Part shown: positions 36,576 through 49,300 of the stretch, one piece after another | Layout of the letters: every line of letters starts with the position of its first letter | Position numbering within the stretch: the first letter of the stretch is position 1 | Notes under the pieces: model-generated | Database searches by the model: none | Told to the model about the DNA's origin: nothing | What the model saw: the letters and a program-made list of their open reading frames with translations, nothing else | Source: Geosiphon pyriformis uo1 | Lineage: Eukaryota > Fungi > Glomeromycota | Assembly (NCBI GenBank): GCA_016748015.1 | Contig: JAAOMT010000074.1 | Span: forward strand, 188,984-252,983 | DNA length: 64,000 nt | Direction: 5' to 3' | Program-made: the position numbers and the translations under genes

Positions 36576-39500
36576 TTAGATTTGTCTCATTTGTAACAAA
36601 CCATTGGCATTTCCATTGTCTTTTCCCTTTTTATAATGTATGGTATAAGTATATAGTGAAAAAGCCATTTTCTATCTTGACTGTTTTCTGTCTCTGAATT
36701 TTTGTTTTTGGAGTGATGTCAATTTTTTGTAATTTGTGTATACCTCAAACTTTTGGCTCAAGTATTCTTTCCATTTTATAACTGCCCAATAGATTGCTAG
36801 ATGTTCTAATTCTGGTGTTCTATAGTTCTTTTCAGCTGGAGTCAAACCTTGGCTGGCATATGTGACTGGATGTTCTCTTCCATCTGATTCTCTCTGAGAT
36901 AGTATTGCTCCCAATGCTTGACCTGATGCATCAGTGGTAATAATGAATGGTTTGCTGTGATCTGGATAGATTAATATTGGTGCTTGGATAAGCTTTCTTC
37001 TTAATGTGTCAAAAGCTTCTTGTTGAGCTTCTGTCTATTTATATTTTACATTTTTGGTTTGAAGATGGTAAAGTGGTTAAGCTATTTTGAAAAAATCTTT
37101 AATAAAGCGGCAGTAGTATCCAGCCAATCCCAAGAATGCTCTTAATTCTGTGAAATTAGTTGGTACTAGAAAGTTCTTGACAGCTTCAATCTTGTCTGAA
37201 TCTATTTTGATGCCGTCTTTGCTTACAACATGTCCCAAGAATTTTAATTCTGTCTTTTCAAAGAAACATTTGTTGGCATTTAGCTTCAATTCTGCTCTTT
37301 TGAGTCTTTCGAACACTTGTTGAAGATGATATAGATGATCATCAAATGTTTTTGAGAACACATTGGTATTATCCAGATATACTAATACTGATTTCTATAA
37401 TAGTCCAGTATAGACAATTTTCATAAGCCATTGGAATGTTGCTGGCACATTCATCAATCCGAATGGCATCACTTCAAATTCGAAATTCTCTTCTCTTGTT
37501 GTGAAAGCCATTTTCTCTTTATCTTCTGGTTTCATGGCTACTTGCCAGTAACTACTGTCTAAATCTAATGTTGAGAACCATTTCTTTTCACTAAAAGCAT
37601 CAAATAATTCTTGGATTTTTGGAGTTGGATAGCTATTTTCTTTTGTTACTTCATTTAATTTCCAGTAATCCACACAGAAGCAGATTTTTCTATTTTTCTT
37701 ATAGACTAGTACCACTGGTGATGACTATGGGCTCATTGATGGTTGAATTAACCTATTGTCAAGCATCTGGTTGATTTCTTAATGAATGATTTCATGGCTG
37801 GCTGGTGGTACTTTATATGCCCTTTGTTTAATTGGCATAGCATCTCTAGTCTTGATCTGATGCTGGATGATATCAGTTCTGCCAAATTCATTTTTACTGG
37901 CAAAGATGTCATTAAAGTTGTTGAGTAACATCTTGAGTTACATACATTGGAGTGGATCTAAATTTCCCATGTTCATTTGTTCTAATTGTTCTGGTTGAAG
38001 CAAATAATATTCATTTTGTCTGTATATAGTTTGTGATGTAATATCTACATATCTACACAATTGTGGAAAGTCTGAAATAGTGCTTGGTGGTTGATCCTCA
38101 ATTTTAGTGCTCAAGTATCCGATGGTGGTTCCCTCTAGTATTGTGATGGTATCTTCTGTTGTATTGTAGATGGAAATTTTGATATGGCTGTGGCTTTTGG
38201 CTGGTATGTGGAGATTGATGAGTCCAATCTCTCTTGATTCACAAAGGCTTGTCTCTGCTTTAAAAATCTGATCTTCTTCTCTCACTTTTCTCTCTATAAC
38301 TACCATGTACTGGTCATATGGTGAAATGGAAATTACTTGACTGGTTGAGATAATTTCTCCTTGGCCAACAATTTTTTCCTTTGCCATATTAACTGGTACA
38401 TTTATTCTACCCATGGATCCAAATCTCTGTATTCCTCTAGCTGTTATTCCTAATTCTTCCCTGTTTCTTACTGACACTAATAAGCTACTCTAACCAGAAG
38501 CAGGAATATTACCTGTGCTATCTTTTCATTTGGCTCTATGATATAGGCTTTTTCTGAGTCATTTTGTAGCATTACCATGATATTTCTTACATATTTGGTG
38601 TCAATGATTCCTCCTCTTATAGTAATTCCTCTTTTTGCTAAACTACTTCTGAAAGCTAGTTGAATCATAGTTATTGTTGGTATTTCCAATGCTATTTTCA
38701 GATCAATGCAGGTGTGTGAATATGGCTCCAATTTGATGACATCTTTTTCTGAATACCTTAGATCAAACTCAGCATTAGTATTATGTACATGTTCTGGCAT
38801 GATACCCTCATTATTATCGCTGAACCATTTAAGTTACTGTTTCTTGATAAGGTCAGGAAGCGCAATGTATTATTCATATTTTGAGTTGGAGTTTAAATCT
38901 GAGTTGGAATTGTACTGTTTTCTAAGTCAGTAAAGACATCCAGATTGAGAACCAAAACAATGTCTGTTGGTTTTGGAGAGTTATTCTTAATTTCCAGAAT
39001 TTCACTGGATAAAGCACCTTCTACTTTGGCATTGGCTATTCACCAGATCTTGTCCTCGTCATGTGAATATCTTTCTAGTGAGAGATCACTCGGTGCCAAG
39101 CTGCCATGATGGGTGTTCCATGACTTATCTAGTTGCTGATGAGAATCATGTATTGGCATAAGGTGTTACACGTTTCTTCTCAACCAGGAATGTCATTCTA
39201 CATTCCTTTATCAAGCAGTTGCTCTCCACAAGCGAGACATGGTTTGTTGTCTCATTTATCTTAGCACTTTCGATATTCATATTGTTCCCTATGGCAAAGC
39301 TTACAATAGTAATAAGTTCACATTCAATAGTCTTTATCTGGCGCTACCCAAGCTTCCATTAAGAACAGTTTTTTCCCACAGTCCTTGCATTTGAGAGGTA
39401 TATATGGGGGCTCTTTTATTGGTTCACATGAATATTCCCTTTTCTAGCCACTAGTTATTTCTTCTACAGAGATAGTTTCTTCTTGTGCGTCTTCTTTTCT

Positions 39501-42500
39501 TTCCTATCCTTTTCTTTTATTCTTTTCTTCCCAGTCTAGAATTGGTGGTATTTCACTTTGGTTATCTTTGGTCCAAGCATTGATGGTGGTTTTCCAGGTA
39601 GGTTCTTCTCTTTGTTTCTCTTTTCCATTGTTGTTGTTGTCCTAGACAGCAGTTCATTGTGGTTGACATTAGCTCATGACACTTGATATGCTTCTCAAGT
39701 AGGTTTCTCCTTTTCTTCCTCGAAATCAATTAGTGGTGCTGATGTAACATTACTGGGTTTGAAATGGCCACACATTGCTGGTACTCATATGTGTTGACCA
39801 TTTTGGCTCAGCTGAAGTTCTTGCATATTCCAATCCAGCATTGTGTTAATTTTGGAGAGCCAGTTATTCCCAACAAGTGCTTAGTATTGAGTGGCTTTCA
39901 TGACGAGTACTTTGATTGGTACTATAATGTCGTTGATCTTTATGGAGAAATTATCAATCTCTTTAATGGGTGTTTTGGTCACTCCATCGGCTGTAATAAT
40001 CCTGGTGCTGGCAGCATGATCAACTTGGTAACCTAATTGATCTATGAGTTGTCTTGTGATAATGCTGCCAGCTGATCCACTATCTAGGATCAGTTTGATG
40101 AAGTAACCATTAACTTTTGCATTAGTGTACATTGCAGTGATGGGTTTCTTCTCGAGTGCTGCTCCACTGAACAAAGATGGGTTAATGGTTTCTTCTAATT
40201 CAAAAGGAAAGATGGCTGCGAGAGATTTGTTTTCAGTGACTGCTGCTAGTAGAATATTGCTGGTAAGTGTTGATTGTAGGTTGGTTTCTGGTTCATTGGG
40301 TTGGGCATTTTCTGGGGTAACCAGAAGACTTAAATAGTTCTGAGAATTCAGGTTTTGGGCATACCCAGTTCTCAAATTCCAAGAATGTGATCCTGTTGGT
40401 TGATAAGAAGAGCTGGGAATTGGTTGATAAACAACTATTACTGATCTTCAGTTTTGAGTAATTCTGGATCTTGGGTTTTCTGATGTCATAGTAGCTAGAT
40501 TTGGCAGAGTTTGGACTAATGTTTGGGATTGATAAATTAATTATGGCTGCGGTTAATATATTACTGGTGGTTGCAGCTAATAAATTGTTTGGGGCTGTGG
40601 TTGATAAACTGGTAGTTGGTATATTGGCAGTTAATAGATTGGCTGCTGTGTCATTGACAGGTAAGCAGTTTGATATTGTGCTAAGTTTGATTAATGATTT
40701 GGAGTTGAGAACTGGTGATTGGAGTTTCAATATTGATTTTCTGATCAGTGGTTATTTAAATGCTGGTGGCAGTTGATTTGAATATGTTTTTGTTTACCAC
40801 AATAGTGGCAAATATGCATCTCTTGTTGCCACTGTTGATTGGTCAATAAGGATGGACGTGATTGATTCTGGGAGCAATTAGAGTTTCCTTGATTATTGCA
40901 TCATTGTGGTGTTTGATAAATTGTCTGATTGTTGTTAGCTAAGTATCCCTCTATCTTCTGGTGAATTGTTTCACAGAATTTCTCCAATTTGGAATCCAAT
41001 TCAAATGATTCATTTATTACTAGATTAATAGCTTGAACATGGTTGGCCTCAGACTCAGCAGATTCAAAGTCTTTGGTGCATGTAACTGTGTCTTGAAGAG
41101 TGCCTAGATGTAATGAATGTACATGTTGCAAGATACTGCTGCGCAGGCCATGGATAAACTGGTTGAAGATCTGTGGTGCTGTAAAATAGTTGGTGTTAAT
41201 TGCTTGAATTTGGCACAGATTTCTATAGAAGCATCCCAAATAAGTGGTAACTGCTTCTGTTTCTTCTTGCTTCATGGTGTTAAATGTATTGGCTAATCAG
41301 TTGATACTATTATTGTTGCTGAAGTATCTTAAAAATTCCACTTTAAAGGCATTGAAGTCTTGTGGTTTATTAATCAAACTCTAATACCACAAATTGGCAG
41401 TATCCTTGAAAAAGTAGGGAATGGCTTGCATTGCTTGAGCATCATTCCATCCATTGGCTATAATGGCTTTTTCCACATCATTCAGCCATACTTGAGCGTC
41501 ATCCTCTTTACCAGTAAAATTGTCAAGTTTTGCAATTGGTGCATAGGCCATTGGATCTAAGTTGGGTTGTTGTGGTGGTTGTTGAAGTGGTTGTTGTTGC
41601 ATGGGTTGTTGGAGTAGTAGTTGAAGTGGCAGTAGTATGGGTTTGGCTATTGGATTAATCAGTAGTTGATCAATGACAATTACTGGAGGTAAGTTTGATT
41701 GATTAATTAGATCAGAGTTTTGATTATCCTGAGTTGGCAGTGTTTGAATATTCAGAGTGTCAATTTCCAGATTTTTTGGATTTAAATTTTGCTGGGTTTA
41801 AAAATTCTGGGTTTCAAATTCTGGGTTTTCTAGGATTGAGTTTTGGTAAGTAAATTCTTGATTCTCAGATTCTTCTTCTTCTTCCTCTTTTTGTTCTCCT
41901 TCTAATTCAGTGATTTTCCATGAACTCACTGTTCTGAAATCTGGTTGAGGTGGTGGTAATCAGAGTTCTGATGGCATTGGCAATTATAATTTAAATCTCT
42001 CGAAATACATGTCATAGGATCCTAATAAATCTTCTTTCTTTTATTTACTTTAAAATGGGAAACATCCAAATGTTGATGTCGCGTTTAATGTGGATGCGTC
42101 TGCTAATGTTATATAGATGGCACTTCCAGGGGTGTAGTAATAGGATGGAGCAGTTGGTAATTCAACTCTTGTTTTTTTTCAAGTGGGTGGTTGTATCTTT
42201 TTGGGTATCACTGCTGGTGTTTGTAGTTTTCCTTTGCCTTTACTGACATAAGTAATTGGATATCTTTGTTGGGTGTGATGTTCAATTTCTTTATTAATCT
42301 CAGTAATGATAGATGTGAAATTGTGGTTTGTTGGTAAGCTAGTGTTTTGGATTAATTCCCTGTAAAAAGTTTCCCTTGCTGATTTAGTATTCACTGGTGT
42401 TCCCAACAAAAAGGAAATCTTTTTATTAACATAGAAATTGAAAGCTGATTTGGTAGATATGTGATTATAGTTTAATCCCAAGTGTTGACAGTAATGTTGA

Positions 42501-42556
42501 AATAAAGATTTTGCGAATCCTAGATGGTTTGCTCCTATGTTTTCTGATTCTGCCAC
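36576..42556 (-). pseudogene. Element C gag-PR-dUTPase-RT-RNase H polyprotein, disrupted
   Basis: MAYAPIAKL, LILDSGSAGSII, dUTPase at about 38410-38800, RT LDLDSSYWQ..MPFGL, RNase H TDASGQALGAILSQ..ELEHLAI. Confidence 0.9.
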
Positions 42557-42618
42557 TTTTTGGATGGAGTTGTTGGTGCTGGTTCTCTGTAGGATTATAC
42601 TTCACAGAAAGCACCAAA

Positions 42619-43458
42619 TATTACAGATGATTATTTGGAGTCTTAAGTCAAATAACAAACCCATAACTTGGTGCTCAAAAGCTATTCGCATTGATGATGA
42701 TGATCTGAAGATTTTAGTATTCTGAAGGTTTTCCAAATGAGTCCTTTGTATAATGAACAGAGATTCAGTAGTGTTGGTATTCGCAATTTTGTTTCAGTTG
42801 TTTCCCAATTTCTTTTTTAGCTTGGTGGCCTAATTTATTTTGGCAGTTGTGCCCTTCTGGTAAGCTATTTGTTAATATATATATTATTACCCTTATATCT
42901 GGGTCTTTTACCAGGCTATCCATGATGTCAATAACTCAGTACTTTAATTCTTAATCAATTAAAATACAACAATAAAATCAAAAAAAAGAAAATAAAGAGA
43001 GAAAAAAAAATTAAAAGAAATAAAGAAATAGCCAAGGCAATATGCAAATTAGTATCCCATCAATAGCCATAATCAAGAACTATTGTTCCAGTATGATTGA
43101 GTATTAATGTTTATCAACATAAAGTGTTGATAGTGAAGAATAAATTGTGATAACAAATAGTTATTTATTGATAATTATGATTTTGAAAGATTGCTTAGAT
43201 TAAATCTAAACTGGAAGGTTTGTCTTTTCAATTTTTAACACTACTGCTATATATACATAATTGAGATTTCTCAATTCCTTAATTCTTTATGACAAAAATC
43301 CTAGAATTCTGGAATCTTGTAATTTCTTGTAAGAATCCTGCAATTTCTGGAATCTTGCAATTCCTGAGAGGAATCCTAGAATTTCATATTTACTATGTCT
43401 ACTTCTAATTGGCTAATAACTATGCTAATATATCTTTTTTATATTTCTATGAATAACA
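42619..43458 (-). repeat. 5' LTR of element C
   Basis: Homologous to the other family A LTRs, with decayed termini, followed by the PBS. Confidence 0.94.
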
Positions 43459-45429
43459 ATGTTTAACTCTACAATTAATAAAAATAGCCGTTTTATTATT
43501 ATTGATATAAATGTTATTAATCCTGAAAAATTTGCTAGCAATATTAAAAATATGTTGTGTAGCAGCCTAACTGCCACCAACTCAGATTGTATCATCAACA
43601 AAAGCACCAGCAGTAAAAAAAAACAACAATCTAGTCTGAGACTTAACATGACCAGTTCTGACAACAAAATGAGAATTCAACCTATATCTACACACATTTT
43701 TCTGTCTCTTGACTTTACATAGAAGAGAATCATAAAATATGCACCAAAGAAGAGGTAAGAATATCTTTCCTTAATCCAAACTGTCATGCACCTAATATCT
43801 ATCCATCAAACCAAAATTAGTCATAATCTTGTTGACACAATTATTGTAAATACCATCAAAAAATCTAATAAACCTGTCACACATCTTTATTCTGACCAAG
43901 TTTTTTTTAAGATACTCCTATTCAACAGAATTATAGGCCTTCTGCATGTTCTATAAGACCAGCCAAAGTTCACACTTCTTTTTCAAAGCATCCTCAATAA
44001 TTGAACCAATGACAAAAATGGGAGAATGTATTGTCATATTTTTTAAAACTGAAAAATTGTCCCCATGTAAAACATCAAAAATGTTGTATGCTAAAGAGAT
44101 CTTGTTCAAAAAAATCTTAAAGAGAATTTTGTAAGCAGTTTCAATTAAGACAATAAGTTAAGTATTCATTAGAACCCTTTTTTACTTATATGGCTTGAAA
44201 ATCATTGAAATCCAAGCTTTCTTTTAAGCACTAGGCATCTGTTCATGTGACAAACAAGAATTCAAAAGCACCAAAAACATATTCAAGACCAACTTATTGC
44301 AATGTTTCCAGAGCTTATTTGAAATCCCAGAAAGATTAGCAGCTTTACTATCAAGTAAATCAGACACCATACCAGGCAATTTGTTAAAACTAACCAAACA
44401 CATAACATCAAAAAAAGCATCATCAAAAACATACTCCAAAAGTAAGTATTGGTGAGACTAATCACTACTATCACCTTATGCTTTCTAGTTCAGCCTTTCA
44501 TAATTTTATCTACTTTGGCTTTAACCAAATTAGACTTCAGAATCAGTTCATCTTTAACAACTAAATAGTTCAAAACCACCTTCTGAAAAGAACATTTCAG
44601 CACACTTCTAATTGTATAACTTTTATTGACTGCAAAATTTTTCATCTGCTTATTAATAGCTGACTTAATCTTTGACTCCTTAGTTTGTGTAGACTCAGCA
44701 AGCTTAAAGACACAATATAATTTACATACACTGAAAAAAGCCGAATGCACATGATTAAGATTCACACCAGAATTTAACAGAATCTGAATGAACAATGCCT
44801 TATCAAAATCCAGAGAAATTCAGTAACTTATTAAAGACTTAAACACACCATCAACACCCCTACATAAAAACTTAACTGTTTTTAACACCAAAATTTCCAA
44901 TTTATGAAACCTAAAAAACTTCTTGGTAAAAATGCTATCAAAATTCTTGAACCATTTTTTTTTGAAAACCTTATTTGCCAAAAGACACATCATTTTGCAA
45001 ATAGTATTCCACATAGTATCCAAATCTATAAACTCTTTAGACACAAAAAACTTATTGGAAAACATTACAACATTTGTTACTGTTGACTTCCTAAATTCAC
45101 ACTACTTTGCTTCATCAGCATACATAAAATTAAACTTCCAATGATCTCTATTCACTTGTTTTTGAAGAGAGTTTAACTGTGTATCCAAAAGTTCACCCAA
45201 ACTTACAGACATAAAGACTGCTTGGTGATTAGTGTCAAAGTGTTTACTGACATCCAAAATGTCATGACCTACTACCGCATTAACCAAATTATAAGAGATA
45301 AACAAATAGTTTATTGTCTTTTCAGCATTTCTAAAATTTTTCCATGTAAAACTTCTTACAACTGAACTTTTTGACAGAGAATTCACTAATCCTAGATTGA
45401 AACACTTCTTAAAACTGGCATATTTGCAT

Positions 45430-46270
45430 TGTTACTCATAGAAATATAGAAAAGATATATTAACATAGTTATTAGCCAATTAGAAGTAGATGTAGTAAAT
45501 ATAAAATTCCAGGATTTCTTTCAGGAATTGCAGGATTTCAGGAATTGCAGGATTCTTACAAAAAATTGCAGAATTGCAGAATTTCAGAATTCCTGTTATA
45601 AAGAATTGAGGAATTGAGAAATCTTAATTATGTATATATAGCAGTAGTGTTAAAAATTGAAAAGACAGACCTTCCAGTTTAGATTTAATCTAAACAACCT
45701 TCCAAAATCACAATTATCAATAAATAACTATTTTTTATCACAATCTATTCTCCACTATCAACACTTCATGTTAATAGACATTGATACTTAACTACACTAG
45801 AACAATAGCTCTTGATTATGGCTATTAATGGGATACTAATTTGTGCATTGCCTTGGCTATTTCTTTATTTTTTTTATTTTTTTTTTCTTTTTTTATTTTT
45901 CTTTTCTTTGATTTTATTGTTGTATATAAATTGATTGAGGATTAAAGCACTGAGTTATTGACATCATGGATAGCCTGGTAAAAGACCCAAAAATAAGGGT
46001 AATAATATATATATTAACAGATAGCTTACCAAAAGGGCACAACTACTAGAATAAATCCAGCCACCAAGCTAAGAAAGAAATTGGGAAACAACTGAAACAA
46101 AATTGCAAATACCAACACTATTAAATCTCTGTCTATTATACAAAGAACTCATTTAGAAAACCTTCAGAACACTAAAACCTTCAGATCATTATCATTAACA
46201 TGAATAGTTTTTGAGCATTAAGTTATGAGTTTGTTATTTGACTTGAGATCCCAAATAATTACCTGTAACA
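45430..46270 (+). repeat. 5' LTR of element D
   Basis: TGTTAC...GTAACA followed by the PBS. Confidence 0.96.
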
Positions 46271-46331
46271 TTTGGTACTCCCTGTGAGGTATAATCCTAC
46301 AGAGAACCAGTACTGACAACCCTATTCAAAA

Positions 46332-49300
46332 GTGGCAGATTCAGAAAACATAGGAGCAAACCATCTAGAATTTGCAAAATCTTTATTTCAACATTACTGT
46401 CAACACTTGGGATTAAACCATAATCACATATCTACCAAATCAGCTTTCAATTTCTATGTCAATAAAAAAATTTTTTTTTTGTTGGGAACACTAGTGAATA
46501 CTGAATCAGCAAGGGAAACTTTTTACAGAGAATTAATCCAAAACACTAGCTTACTAACAAACCACAATTTTGCATCTATCATTACTGAGATTAATAAAGA
46601 AATTGAACATCACACCCAACAAAAATATCCAATTAATTATGTCAGTAAAGGCAAAGGAAAACTACAAACACCAGCAGTAACACCTAAAAAGATACAACCA
46701 CCCACTTGAAAAAAAACAAAAGTTGAATTACCAACTGCTCCATCCTATCACTACACCCCTGGAAGCGCCATCCATATAACATTAGCAGACGCATCCACAT
46801 CAAACGTGACATCAACATTTGGATGTTTCCCATTCCAAAGTAAACAAAGGAAAGAAGATTTATTAGGACCCTATGGCATGTATTTCGAGGGATTTAAATC
46901 ACAATTGCCAATGTCATCAGGACTCTGATCACCACCACCTCAACCAGATTTCAGAATAGTAAGTTCATGGGAAATTACTGAATTGGAAGGAGAACAAAAA
47001 GAGGAAGAAGAAGAAGAATCTGAGAATCAAGAATTTACTTACCAAAACTCAATCCTAGAAAACCCAGAATTTGAAACCCTGAATCTTTAAACCCAGCAAA
47101 ATCTAAATCCAGAAAATCTGGAAATTGACACTCTGAATATTCAAACACTGCCAACTCAGAATAATTGAAACTCTGATCTAATTAATCAATCAAACTTACC
47201 TCAGGTAATCGTCATCAATCAATCACTGATTAATCCAATAGCCAAACTCATACTACCACCACTTCAACTACTACTTCAACAACCTGTACAATAACAACCA
47301 CTTCAACAACCACCACAACAACCCAACTTAGATCCAATGGCCTATGCACCAATTGCAAAACTTGACAATTTTACCAGTGAAGAGAACAACATCCAAGTAT
47401 GACTGAATAATATGGAAAAAGCCATTGCAGCCAATGGATGGAATGATGCCTAAGCAATATAAGTTATTTTCTACTTTCTCAAGGATACCGCCAATTTGTG
47501 GTATTAGAGTTTGATTAATAAACTACAAGACTTCAATGTCTTTAAAGTGGAATTTTTAAGATACTTTAGCAATAATAACAGTATCAACTGATTAGCCAAT
47601 ACATTCAGCACTATAAAGCAAGGAGAAACAGAAGTAGTTACCACTTATTTGGGATGTTTCTATAGAAATCTGTGCCAAATCCAAGCAATTGATGCCAACT
47701 ATTTTATAGTGCCACAGATCTTCAACCAGTTTATCCATGGCCTGCACAGCAGCATCTTGTAATATGTACATCTATTACATCTAGGCACTCTTCAAGACAC
47801 AGTCACATGCACCAAAGACTTTGAATCTGCTGAGTCTAAGGCCAACCATGCCCAAGCTATTAATCTAGTGATAAATAGATCATTTGAATTGGATTCCAAA
47901 TTGGAGAAATTCAGTGAAACAATTTACCAAAAGATAGAGAGATACTTAGCTAACAACAATCAGGCAATTTATCAAACACCACAATAATGCAATAATCAAG
48001 GAAACTCTAATCGCCCCCAGAATCAACCATGTTCATCTTCATTGACCAATCAATAGTGGCAACAAGAGACATGTATTTGCTACTATTGTGGTAAACAAAA
48101 ACATATCCAAATTGACTGTTATCAGCATTTAAATAACCATTGATCGGGAAATCAATATTGAAACCCCAATTACCAGTTCCCAACTCTGAATTATCAATCA
48201 ATTTTAGCACAATATCAAATCACTTACCTGCCAATGACACAGCAGTCAATTTATCAACTGTCAATATACCAACCACCAGTTTATTAACCGCAGTCCCAAA
48301 CAATTTATCAGCCACAACCACCAGTGATATATCAATCACAGCCACAATTAATTTATCAACCCCAAACATTAGTCCAAATTCCACCAAATCAAGCTATTAT
48401 GACATTAAGAAACCCAAAATCCAAAATTACTCAAAACTGGAGATTGGTAATAGTTGTTTATCAACCAATCTCCAGCTCCTCTTACCAACCAACAGGATCA
48501 TATTCTCAGAATTTGGAAACTGGGTATGCCCAAAACCTGAATTCTTAGAACTATTTAAGTCTCCTGGTTATCCCAAAAAATGCCCAACCTAATGAACCAG
48601 AAACCAACCTATAATCAACACTTACCAACAATATTCTACCAGCAATGGTCACTGAAAATAAATCTCTCGCAGCCATCTTTCCTTTTGAATTGGAAAAAAC
48701 CATCAACTCACCTTTGTTCAGTGAAACAGCACTCGAGGAGAAACCCATTACTGCAATGTACACTAATGCGAAAGTTAATGGTCACTCCATCAAACTGATC
48801 CTAGATAGTAGATTAGCTGGCAGCATTATTACAAGACAACTCATGAATTAATTAGGTGGCCAAGTTGATTGTACTGCCAGCGCCAGGATTATTACAGCTG
48901 ATAGAGCAACTAAAACACCTATTAGAAAGATTAATGATTTCCCCATAGAAGTCAATGACATCATAGTACCAATCAAAGTACTTGTCATAGAAGCCACTCA
49001 ATACCAAGCACTTGTTGGAAACAACTGGCTGTCCAAAATTAATGCAATGCTGAATTGGAATACGCAAGAACTTCAGCTGAGCCAAAATGGTCAAACACAC
49101 ACAAGTACCAGCAACATGTGACCATTTCAAACCAAACAATGTTATGTCAGCACCACTAATTGATTTTGAGGAGGAAAAGAAAAAACCGACCTGAGAAGCG
49201 TACTAAGTGTCATGGGCCAATGTCGACCACAATGAACTGCCACCAATACTTGCCTGAGACAACAATGACAATGGAAAGGAGAAACAAAGAGGAGAACCTA

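Larger units (their letters stand above)
33633..43458 (-). mobile_element. Ty3/Gypsy family A, copy C (dUTPase-bearing)
   Basis: LTRs 42619-43458 (5') and 33633-34434 (3'); TSD ATGT at 33629-33632 and 43459-43462; PBS at 42600-42616. Confidence 0.96.
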
